NCBI GenBank assembly: GCA_015069485.1 | Contig: SVIM01000004.1 | Location: 4,385 to 68,384 of the forward strand | Source of the DNA: Clostridiales bacterium | GTDB lineage: Bacteria > Bacillota > Clostridia > Christensenellales > Borkfalkiaceae | Direction of reading: 5' to 3' | Length of the DNA: 64,000 bases | Shown: positions 1 through 9,500 of the stretch, one piece after another | Numbering within the stretch: position 1 is the first letter of the stretch | Layout: each line of letters begins with the position of its first letter | The notes under the pieces: model-generated | What the model was told of the DNA's origin: nothing | Databases searched by the model: none | What the model saw: the letters and a program-made list of their open reading frames with translations, nothing else | Made by a program: the position numbers and the translations under genes

Positions 1-3000
1 GTTTTTACGCTGTAAGGAAGAATTACCTTTTCGATTACGCCTTCTTCAAGGTTGCTAAACGACGCTGCCTTAACGGAAACGGTTTTTTCTAAAATGCTAT
101 AAACTCTTTGTCCGTCAACCGCTTCTGCTTGCTTTGCGCTGGGATATGCAACTAATTCGAAGGAATTATAATCGTATTCGTTTGCGCCGATTTTTATATA
201 CCTATATAATACACCATCTTCATCAAAATAGCAAGCGTTATCTTCAGAAACGGCAATTTTAATAAGGTTTTGTGATGCGCTAAACGCGCCGTAGCCAATT
301 TGCTTTACCGTTGCGGGAAGATTTACTTCCACTTCTTTGCCGTTTAAGAAGGCGTAGTCGCCGATTTCTTCAACCACGGGCATATTTATTGAGCTATAGC
401 CTTCGGTTGCGGAAATAGCAGAGTCGCTACCAAACGCCATTGCGCCTATTACCTTTGCGCTTTCAAGGTCGAGCTCTTCAATCGCAGTACAGTTATAGAA
501 CGCATATTCGCCGATGGAAATTAAGTTTTCGATACCGATTACGGTTTCGAGATTGTAACAGCCGTAGAAGGCGTTGTTGCCTACTGCCGTCGTATTTTTA
601 AGGTCGATTTCTCTAAGGTTTACACAGTTATAGAACGCGCGCGCGCCGATTTGTTCAACGCCTTCGCCCAAGGTTACGCTATTGAGTGACCTTAACGAAG
701 TGAAGGTGCTGCTTCCTATCGTAGTTGCGTTTTGACCAAAGGTTACGCTTCTTAAAGCGTTTGCGTTTCTGAAGGTGTTAGAGCCGAGAGTGTGAACGGA
801 AGGCATTTTTGCCGTTGTAAGAGCAATACAGCCGGAGAATACGCTGTTGCCCATTTCGGTTATTCCGTCGTATAAAGTTACCTCGGTAAGATTAGTACAA
901 CTTGCAAACGCGTTATTGCCTAACGAAGTACCCTTAAAGGTGTTTTCGGTAATCTTTGTAATAAGAGTGTTAGCAAACGCATAGTCGCCAATCTCTTTTA
1001 CGCTTGAAGGTAAGCTTACGCTAGATAATCTCGTGCCGTTAAAGGTGTACGCTTTAATTGCGGTAAGGCTTGAGCCTTGTTCAAAGGTTACGCTTGTTAA
1101 AGGCGTGCTTTGGAAGGCGTTTTCGCCTATTTCGTTTATTCTTGCAGGAATAGTTATAGTTGATATATTGCTACCTACAAAGGCGTAAGGCGCAATAGCC
1201 GTTACGGTTTGAGGGAAGCTGAATCCGGATTGAGGAACGGATAAAACCTTTAAAAGCTTGGTTGCGTCGCCGTTATAAATTGCGCCGTCTACTACCTTAT
1301 ACTTTGTAGAGCCTTCTGCAACGGAAACGGAAATTCTGCCGAATACGTTACCTACGCTTTCTAAAGAAGCGAGGTCAACGCTATCGTTTAATACGAGTTT
1401 AGATACGCCGGAGCCGTTTAAGATATTGCTACCGAGAATAGCCAAGCCTTGAGGGAAGGCAAACGAGGTTAAGCTTGCGGTGTTACCAAATGCTTCGTCG
1501 CCGATGCTTCTTACGCTTACTCCGTTAAAGTTAACGGTGCTTAAGCGAGCGCATCCGTAGAACGCACGGTAGCCGATATTGAACGCAACCTCTTCGCCTA
1601 CAGGGTTTTGGAAGTTAACGGTTGTAAGACGGGTACAGCCTTGGAACGCTCTTTCGCCGATATTAGGGGTTTTAAGCGTTATGGAGGTAAGTGAAGTACA
1701 GCCGTTGAACATACCCGTGCCGATTGCCGTAAACTTATCGGTGGTTACGCTTGAAAGCGAGGTACAACCGGAGAATACGCCCGTACCGCTCATATGAAGA
1801 CCGGAAAGGTCGATTGATTGAAGGGAAGTGCAACCGCCAAATGCATAGCTGTGCATAGTACCTATTTTTTGAGGGTCGAGTATGTTTTTAAGTGAAGTAC
1901 AGTTTGCAAACGCATAGTGAGCAACGGTGAAGATTTTACAGTTTCTAAAATCTATCGTTTCAAGTGAAGTACAGCCGTAGAACGCGTAAGGCTCAATCAT
2001 AGTAAGGTTTGCGTCGTCTACTTCCATTTCGTCTTCTTGAATAAATCTTACCGTTTTAAGCGCAGTACAGTTTTCAAACGCGCTTTCGTCGATATTAGTT
2101 ACCGTTTTAGGAATAATAACCTCGGTGATATAGTCGTTATCCTTAAAGGCATCCTCGCCGATAGTCATAATATTCATATCGTCGGGAATTACTACCACCT
2201 TATCTGCACCCGTATATTCGGTGAGAGTGAAATTAGAAACGGTAAATTCGTCCTGCACGTTTAATATTACGTTGGTTGAATAGCTTGTTAAGCCACCGTT
2301 AGCATCAAGAAGCTGAGCCTGAATAATTGCCATACCGTGCTTAACGCCGGTTACGTTACCGTTTTGGTCAACCTTTGCAACGGATTCGTCGGAGGAAGTC
2401 CATTTAATATTTAAGGTTTCAACGGGATAGTACCAAGGATCAGGTATAATTTTTAAGGTGAATTTTTGGTTAGCGTTTACGTTTACCGCACCTTCTGCCT
2501 TGCTTATTGATTCAAGCTCCGTTTCGATAGTGCCAAACGAAATAGAAGGCAAGGTAAGCTTTTTATTGCTTTCTACTACTTCTATTTCAATAGTCTTGTT
2601 TAAACCCTTACCGTTAGAAACCGTTACCCTTGCCTTGCCGGGCTTTAAGCCGACGATTTCGCCGTTTTTAACGTTAGCTACGGAGATGTTGTTAGAAGAC
2701 CAGTTAAAGTTAGAAATATTTGCGCTTCCTTCGTAATTTAAGGAAACCTTATGAGTTTCGTAAACGCCCAAGGTTATTTTATCTTCGCCTTCTGCAAGGT
2801 CGAATTCTTGAGGGGTTACGCTTGTATTTGCAGAGCCAGTAGTGCTTAAATCAAGCTGGAATACGCTGTGGTTTAAAGCGTAGTCGTCGATTTGCACGTA
2901 GAAGTTATAGCCTTCGTAGAAAAGGTCGGTTACTTCAACGGAAACGGTGGTCGTGCCGTTTTTATTTGCGTCTCTTATGGGGGTGATATAGTCCGTTGCA

Positions 3001-6000
3001 AGCTTAATGTAGTTTACGTCGTCAGAGCCCTTGTCGAGATAGCAAAGCATTAAGGATTGCGCGTAGTGATTATCGTACACGTCGAAATCGAGATATACGC
3101 GCTGTTTAATCTTGTTTCCGTCCTTATAATCGTAATATCTTACTCTTACGTCTTTAAGCACGGGTGCTTCGTAGTCAACGTAGAAGTCAAACGAGAAGGT
3201 GTTTTCTTCCCTATATTCCGATTCTTTGTCGAAGCGGAAGTCGAAGTTCATCGTATATTTACCGTTTGCAGCCAAGCCGTAATCGTCGGCAGTAAAGTCT
3301 AAATCGATAAATCCGGGACGAGCCTGACCGCCACCTGCGTACGCCTTACCTATACGGTATAGCGTATCTTTATTTATAATTTCGTTAGTGTCGGCGTTAA
3401 CTAAATCGTAATGAGCGTATCTTGCGTTTCTAAGCAAGCCTACGTAAACCGCCCTTATGCTTGCCGCCGTCATATAGTTATCAATATCGTCGGTGTATTC
3501 GTTATAGCAGGATATTGCTGCGTGATCCCTATCGGTATACATAGGATCTACGTCGTCGGGAAGAAGATATACGTAGTTGCCAAGGGGAATTACGTATTGG
3601 TTGTTATAGTAGCCTGCGTAAGCTTGGGTTGCCCAAACGCTTGCTTGAGGCTTTTCTTCTTCCTTTAAGGATGCGTCTTGCTCGAACGCCGCGATTTCGT
3701 AACAGTCGTAATCGAGCATAGGCGCTGACGACCAGTCGCCGTAGAAGCCCATAAAGGGAATAACTAAGTCGCATTGGCTGTCGTCTTGAGAGATAAGCTT
3801 ACAGAAGCCTTCTACGAACATACCGTTAATAAAGCTTTCGTCGATATATTGCTTTTCTTTATTAGAAAGCTCTACGGTTACGGTTACTTCTACTTGCTCG
3901 CCTGCGGCTACGGTGATGGCGGAAACCTCTGCCCCACCTACAGTCCAAACTGCGGGGATATCGTCAAGCATATAAGCTTGTTCTGCTACTGCAAGCTTGT
4001 CGCTTGCAAGCGTTTCGGTCATAAATAAGGTATTCGTTTTAAAGCTTAAAGACTTAGTACCCATATTATGAACCTTGAACGAGAAGGTGTATTTACCTTC
4101 CTTTTCTTTGTCGTCGCCAAGCTCAACCTTAGGTCTGTTATCAATAGCAATATCGGTGGAGATATATGCGTTTGAAGAAACTACGTTATGAAGGCTGCCT
4201 AAGCCTGCGCCCTGCTTACGGGGGGAATAGGGAAGGCCGTTTTCGTTATATACCGTCGTTGCAGTACTCATCATAAGCTGATTTGCAAGACGGGTAATTT
4301 CTTGGTTGGTGTATTCGGGGAATCTATCGTCAATGTAATCCCTTACGAGAGCCATAACGCCCGCCATATTAGGCGACGCCATTGAAGTACCGCTTTGCTC
4401 GTCGTATCCACCGGGAACGGTTGAGGTGATTTCGCCACCGTGCGCGGTTATTTCGGGTTTAATTTCAAGGTTAGGAGTTGCGCCCCAGGATGAGAAATCA
4501 CTCATAAAGGGTCCTGCGAGAAGGCTTGTATCAACTTTGATTTTACCTACTCTGTTCGTTGCGCCAGCTACCATTGCGTTGCCCGCATCCATAGTGATGG
4601 AAACTGCGGGGATAGGGTCGTCCACTTCGCCGAGGTTCATACGGATAGAGCCTGCAACGTTGTTGTAAACGATTATTGCAGATGCGCCCATTGCCATAGC
4701 TACTTCAACCTTTTCTTGGAAGGTTGTATTACCACGCTTAACGAGAGCTATTCTGCCGTTAACTAAATTTCTTACGGTAGAAGTATAGTCGGCTGCTTGT
4801 CCGATACCGGGAACTACTACGTATTCGAATTCGGCAGTAGTTTGTCCTTCTTCAAGCATCTCTTCCGCAAAGTCGTAGGGAACGGAGTTTTCGTCGCTCG
4901 CTTCGTTATAGAAGACTGCAGTTTCGTTGTTTGTGCCAGGATTAGCGAGCATATACTTTGCTTGCTGACCGCTTATGGAAGCAACCGAGAGAGCTGAAGT
5001 ATAGGTTGAAGGAGAGCCTACCGTACCGGAGTCGGGGTTAGATGCAAGGTTAGTACCGAATACGCCGCCGTAGCCGGAGCTATAGTCGTTACTTGCCGCA
5101 ACTATAAGGCTTATGCCTGCGTCCTGCACGGCTGTATATACTCTGTGTAAAGCCGTACCTTCTTCGTCGCCGTCGTCGGTGGTTGAGAAGCCTGCGGAAG
5201 TACCTAACGACATATTAATTACGTCAACGTTTAAAAGCACGCAGTCTTCTACCGCAGCCATAATATCTTCCGCCCTTGCACCGCCGATATCCGCGTCGTA
5301 CAAGTCGTCGGTAAAGGTTTTCATAATAACTAACTGCGCTTCGGGAGCAACGCCGATAAAGGGAATTTCTTCTCCGTTTTCGTCCACTTCAGTTTCGCCG
5401 TCCTTGTTGGTATAGCTATCTGCTTGACCTGCTACTATACCCGCAACGTGCGTACCGTGGTTGGAATAGGAAGGATATACGTCGGCGTCGTTATCAGCGT
5501 AGTCGTACGCGTAAGGAACTTTATTAGAAACGAATACGTCGTCTACGGTTAAGGAATCGCCACGAAGGGAAGTTCTAGTTTCTGCAACGAGGTCCTTTTG
5601 CTTTAAAATTTCCCTTACGTCGCTTTCCTTCATACCTAAAGCTTCTGAATTAGTGGGTTGAGTTTGGAAGGCTTCGTGAGTATAGTCTAATCCGGTATCG
5701 ATAACCGCTACTACCATGCCTTCGCCTTCGTATTCGCCTGCAAATTCTGAAGAATCGTAAATACCCGTTTTATAAACGCTGGTTTTGTTTACTACTGCAG
5801 AATCAACTACGCTACCGCCGTTGCCGTAAGCGGCGTACGCCGTTGCCGTGGTTTGGTTAACCGATTGAGGCGCTGCGTAAGTTCTGGAAATTTCTACACC
5901 CTTAACGCCCGATATACCTTTAATCGTTGAAACGTAAGAGGTGTTTATTTTAAGAGCGACTGCATTGATTACGGTGTTGTAGGTATCGACTATTTCGTAG

Positions 6001-6386
6001 TCGATTTTGTTGTCGTCAAGCGTTCCTAAAAAATCGCTTTGAGTTTTTTGGATAGCCTTTAACGCATTTTTACCCGTTTGAGTTGATAAAAATTCGGATG
6101 CAGTTTGGTCGTCCGCCTTTCTCTCGATAATAGAATCAGAATCTAAAGTAACGATAACTACCTTATTTTCGTAAGAAGTTTTTTCTGATTTTAATACCGA
6201 AGAATTTAAGTTTGCATTGCGGATATGGGATAAATCTACCTGCCCCGTTACGTTTTTAAACGAAGCTCCGCTTGCGTTATTTTCTAAACCTCCGCTTGCA
6301 AAGCCGAGTTGGCTTAAACCGAGCGAAAGAGACATAATGCAAGTTAAGCTTAAACAGGCAATACCCTTAATTCTTTTTTTATTCAT
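1..6386 (-). CDS. Secreted S8 (subtilisin/lactocepin-like) serine peptidase with Big_2-like Ig domain and C-terminal BspA-type leucine-rich repeats; 3'-partial (continues beyond window start)
   Basis: Not in the supplied ORF track, which lists no minus-strand ORF in 1-6509. I hand-translated the minus strand from ATG 6386 down to about 4,050 and from about 2,900 down to about 650 without meeting a stop, and I infer one frame open to position 1 (2,128 codons). GGAGGT lies 4 nt upstream of the ATG. Signal peptide MNKKRIKGIACLSLTC. Catalytic motifs: VAVIDTGLDYTHEAF (~5,697), NHGTHVAGIVAG (~5,450), GTSMASPNMAG (~4,380). Big_2-like SSDESVAKVDQNGNVTGVKHG (~2,350). From ~2,200 to 1 there are repeated units of the type IGxYAFxxCTSL (e.g. 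IGEYAFYNCTAIEELDL), typical of BspA-type LRRs. Confidence 0.85.
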   Translation of the reverse strand, partial: MNKKRIKGIACLSLTCIMSLSLGLSQLGFASGGLENNASGASFKNVTGQVDLSHIRNANLNSSVLKSEKTSYENKVVIVTLDSDSIIERKADDQTASEFLSTQTGKNALKAIQKTQSDFLGTLDDNKIDYEIVDTYNTVINAVALKINTSYVSTIKGISGVKGVEISRTYAAPQSVNQTTATAYAAYGNGGSVVDSAVVNKTSVYKTGIYDSSEFAGEYEGEGMVVAVIDTGLDYTHEAFQTQPTNSEALGMKESDVREILKQKDLVAETRTSLRGDSLTVDDVFVSNKVPYAYDYADNDADVYPSYSNHGTHVAGIVAGQADSYTNKDGETEVDENGEEIPFIGVAPEAQLVIMKTFTDDLYDADIGGARAEDIMAAVEDCVLLNVDVINMSLGTSAGFSTTDDGDEEGTALHRVYTAVQDAGISLIVAASNDYSSGYGGVFGTNLASNPDSGTVGSPSTYTSALSVASISGQQAKYMLANPGTNNETAVFYNEASDENSVPYDFAEEMLEEGQTTAEFEYVVVPGIGQAADYTSTVRNLVNGRIALVKRGNTTFQEKVEVAMAMGASAIIVYNNVAGSIRMNLGEVDDPIPAVSITMDAGNAMVAGATNRVGKIKVDTSLLAGPFMSDFSSWGATPNLEIKPEITAHGGEITSTVPGGYDEQSGTSMASPNMAGVMALVRDYIDDRFPEYTNQEITRLANQLMMSTATTVYNENGLPYSPRKQGAGLGSLHNVVSSNAYISTDIAIDNRPKVELGDDKEKEGKYTFSFKVHNMGTKSLSFKTNTLFMTETLASDKLAVAEQAYMLDDIPAVWTVGGAEVSAITVAAGEQVEVTVTVELSNKEKQYIDESFINGMFVEGFCKLISQDDSQCDLVIPFMGFYGDWSSAPMLDYDCYEIAAFEQDASLKEEEKPQASVWATQAYAGYYNNQYVIPLGNYVYLLPDDVDPMYTDRDHAAISCYNEYTDDIDNYMTAASIRAVYVGLLRNARYAHYDLVNADTNEIINKDTLYRIGKAYAGGGQARPGFIDLDFTADDYGLAANGKYTMNFDFRFDKESEYREENTFSFDFYVDYEAPVLKDVRVRYYDYKDGNKIKQRVYLDFDVYDNHYAQSLMLCYLDKGSDDVNYIKLATDYITPIRDANKNGTTTVSVEVTDLFYEGYNFYVQIDDYALNHSVFQLDLSTTGSANTSVTPQEFDLAEGEDKITLGVYETHKVSLNYEGSANISNFNWSSNNISVANVKNGEIVGLKPGKARVTVSNGKGLNKTIEIEVVESNKKLTLPSISFGTIETELESISKAEGAVNVNANQKFTLKIIPDPWYYPVETLNIKWTSSDESVAKVDQNGNVTGVKHGMAIIQAQLLDANGGLTSYSTNVILNVQDEFTVSNFTLTEYTGADKVVVIPDDMNIMTIGEDAFKDNDYITEVIIPKTVTNIDESAFENCTALKTVRFIQEDEMEVDDANLTMIEPYAFYGCTSLETIDFRNCKIFTVAHYAFANCTSLKNILDPQKIGTMHSYAFGGCTSLQSIDLSGLHMSGTGVFSGCTSLSSVTTDKFTAIGTGMFNGCTSLTSITLKTPNIGERAFQGCTRLTTVNFQNPVGEEVAFNIGYRAFYGCARLSTVNFNGVSVRSIGDEAFGNTASLTSFAFPQGLAILGSNILNGSGVSKLVLNDSVDLASLESVGNVFGRISVSVAEGSTKYKVVDGAIYNGDATKLLKVLSVPQSGFSFPQTVTAIAPYAFVGSNISTITIPARINEIGENAFQSTPLTSVTFEQGSSLTAIKAYTFNGTRLSSVSLPSSVKEIGDYAFANTLITKITENTFKGTSLGNNAFASCTNLTEVTLYDGITEMGNSVFSGCIALTTAKMPSVHTLGSNTFRNANALRSVTFGQNATTIGSSTFTSLRSLNSVTLGEGVEQIGARAFYNCVNLREIDLKNTTAVGNNAFYGCYNLETVIGIENLISIGEYAFYNCTAIEELDLESAKVIGAMAFGSDSAISATEGYSSINMPVVEEIGDYAFLNGKEVEVNLPATVKQIGYGAFSASQNLIKIAVSEDNACYFDEDGVLYRYIKIGANEYDYNSFELVAYPSAKQAEAVDGQRVYSILEKTVSVKAASFSNLEEGVIEKVILPYSVK

Positions 6387-6461
6387 ATATACCTCCAAGA
6401 CGATTTTTCGTCGTCCTTTGCGAAAAATTTTCTAATTTTAAATAATGCTTAAATACGCCCG

Positions 6462-6500
6462 AAAAGTATTCCCGCAAAATTTAGCGGAAATACTTTTTTT
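6462..6500 (-). terminator. Hairpin downstream of the GLUG-protein gene
   Basis: AAAAGTATTCCCGC (6462-6475) pairs with GCGGAAATACTTTT (6484-6497), with one G-T wobble. The U-tract is partly inside the stem. Confidence 0.45.
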
Positions 6501-6509
6501 AAGGCAATA

Positions 6510-9500
6510 TTATTCGTCAAAAGACAACGTGTAACGACCTTCTACCGAATAATCTAAAGTTACGTCGATTTCAGTATCGCCGTCGTAGAAGATTATCGTA
6601 GCGGTTAAATTTGCATTGAACGAAATTATATCGTATTTATAAGTTTTTATAACTTCTCCGTTTTTAGATACGGTTACCGTACCCTTGGTATCGCCGTAGC
6701 TCATACCGTCGAACAAGTATTCTGCGCCGTCTGCGTCGTAAGCGACCGTTCCGAATAACGAATCGATTTCTTTAAGGAGATACGCTTCTCCCGCTTCGCT
6801 GTCAACGTACGCACCCTCCGTATCAAGCTCGCAGGATTCGAGCTTGTAGTACTGAATAGTACCGCCGGTTGCATCTGCGTTCCACATAATATACGCGCCG
6901 TTTACGTAGCGATAATAATAAATAGTTTGAGTGGTGCTGTTAGATACCCTCGTGGTTATCATCGCTAAGCCGTAAGCATATTCGCAATAGCCCGTTCCAT
7001 CGAACTGAAGGGTGCTTTGACGGATTATAGAGCCGTTTCTTTGAACGGTTAAGTCAAAATTTTTGCCGAACATATCGTCCGTAGGAGTTGCAAACACGTA
7101 GTCGCCAATACCTAAATTTTCGTTGGGGGAGATTGCAATATTTTTGGTGTTTTCTCCACCTAAATAGAATACGTATAACTTCGTTCCCTGATATACGAAG
7201 GTTGCGTTTTCTTCGTCGATTAAGGTAACTTCTACGTCAGTTCCCAAATAGGTTGCCTGCATAACACCGTTTAAATCCATACTGCCAACTTCAAAGGTAT
7301 GGTATGCTTCGTTAATAGCCCATACGCCCGTGAAGTTAGAATAGATAAATAAGTTAGTGGTGTTTTGACCTGCGGTATATAAATAGCTGTTTTCGCCCCT
7401 TTGGATGGTTGCGTAAAGCTCGCCGTTTAAGTAAACGTCAGCGCCCGTGCCGTCAATCTTATAGCCGTATTCCGCTTCCTCTCCGTCTGCCGTAGTTACC
7501 GTTAACTTACCGCCGTTAGAAAGGTTGCCGTAGCCGTCGAATTTATAGGTTGCGCCTTGGCTGTCGGTTAAGGTTTGGTAGCCGAATATATCCTTGCGTT
7601 CAAGCGTAACGCTATTAGAGCCGTAGGTTATAGTTATAGTTTGAGTTTCGTCGTTGTAAGCGATAGCGTATTCAACGCCGTCGTATTCAAAAGTACCGTT
7701 TAAGGTGGAATTTAAAAGAGTGTATGCGGTAAAGCTATCGCCGATTTGAAGCTCGCCGCTAATGCCTTGTTCAACGTAATTGTAAGAGCCGTAGCCGTTG
7801 AAGGTTATAAGCTCGAAAAGATCGCTTTCGCTTATCCATTCGCCCAAGTAATCGTCGTAACGAACAAATTGAACGTTATCAGCAACGGCTGCGGTTGATG
7901 CAAGATAGGTGCTTGCGTTAAAGGTGTTAGACGCTCTGTTAAAGGTAAACACACCGTAAATTTCGCCGTCAACGTAAATGGAAATTACGTTTTCGCCGTA
8001 AACGTTATAGGTGATATCGTACTTATCTATGCCTACGTATTCTAAAGTACCAAAGCCTTCTCCGTCAAGGTTAATACCGTTTAAGGTAAGAACGATTTCG
8101 TCTTGAACGGTAGAGCTAGTTAAGGAAGTCCAAGTACCCTTAAAGCCGTATTGCTTTGAATAGGTTTGAGTGAGATTGCCGTTTACGATTACGAGATTGT
8201 TATCTTCGTCAAATGATGCGGTTGCACCGTTTGAAAGGGTTAAAGTTCCGTTAGGATTTACGGTGTAAGTACCGCTTTGTGAATCTAAAATATTATCGTC
8301 AACGTTAAATCCGCTTGAAACGTATTCGTAATATGCGTATTGCCAGTTGCCCATACCGTCGAAGTAGTACTGCTTGTTTATAGTTGCAGAAACTTCCCAA
8401 ACGCCTTCGTACTTATCGTAGGTATTTAAGGTTGAGCCGTTAATAGTTATTTGCTTACCGTCGCTAACGGTACCAGTTAAAATGCCGTCGCCAACGTACA
8501 TAAAGAGCAAGCCGTCCTCTACCTCGTAGGTGAACGCGTTGCCGTCGTATCTGCCGGTAGAGTCCGTTAAGAATTCAATAACCACGCTTGAACCGTCAAC
8601 GGTTGCGTAATATTCGCCCTTTAAGTTATAGTTTTTGTTTGCGATAAGGGGCTTAGATTCAAGCAAATAAGTGCCGTCGTAAATCTTTAAGCCGTCGGCG
8701 GTGATATTTGCCCTAAAATTCATAGTTTTAAGCGTATCCATAACCGTAACGTAGGTTATTCCGCCGTCTAACGAAACGCCTATTCTATCGGTAGCAAATC
8801 TCGCTAATCTTGCGTTTCTTAAGGTGATGTATTCGCCGTTGAAAACGTAGGTTGACCAAGCCGTTGCGTCGCCGTCGGGATAACTAAATCTTCCGTCTGC
8901 ATATAAGGTTAAGGGTAAAAGCTTTGAAGTTGAACCGTCAACGATATAGTAGTCGCCGGCAACCTCCGAATAATCCATAAAGCCAACGTACACGGTTACG
9001 TCGCGGGTTGCAACGTAAGCAAAAGGTACGGGAATAGTGCATTCTTTATCTAAGAAATATCCGTAGGATTGAGTATTATCGTCAGCGTTGAAGAATTCTT
9101 CGATATCTTCGTTTAAATACCAGAAGCCGAAGGGAACGTGGTAGCCGTCGATGGCTATGGATTGAGTTCCTCTACCGTTTACGGTTTTACCGTTAAAGTC
9201 AATAGTGATATCAAAGGTATCGTCGTCGTACTGACCGAAGTTAATTACGGGGTATTTAATAGGCTCGTTAGTGTTAGGGTCTAAAGTGATAACGATATCG
9301 CCGTTTTCGTCAAGATATTGATCGCCGTTAAAGTACCAGTCGTAATCGGGCCACTTTAAAGTTTCTCTTGCAAAGTCTGCAGAAGCCAAATCTACGCCGG
9401 AAGATTCGTGATAGCAGTTATAAACTATAGTAACGTTTGCGCTGGGAGCTGCGGTATTAGCTTCGTCGTACGAACCTAAAATATCGCCCGATTTAGCATA

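Noticed and set aside
1579-6435. Ten plus-strand ORFs of 66-100 aa from the supplied track (for example 2458-2736 and 5113-5415)
   Set aside because: All lie antisense inside the long minus-strand S8 peptidase frame. Their translations are low-complexity shadow sequence with no RBS. The minus-strand frame carries a full subtilase triad.
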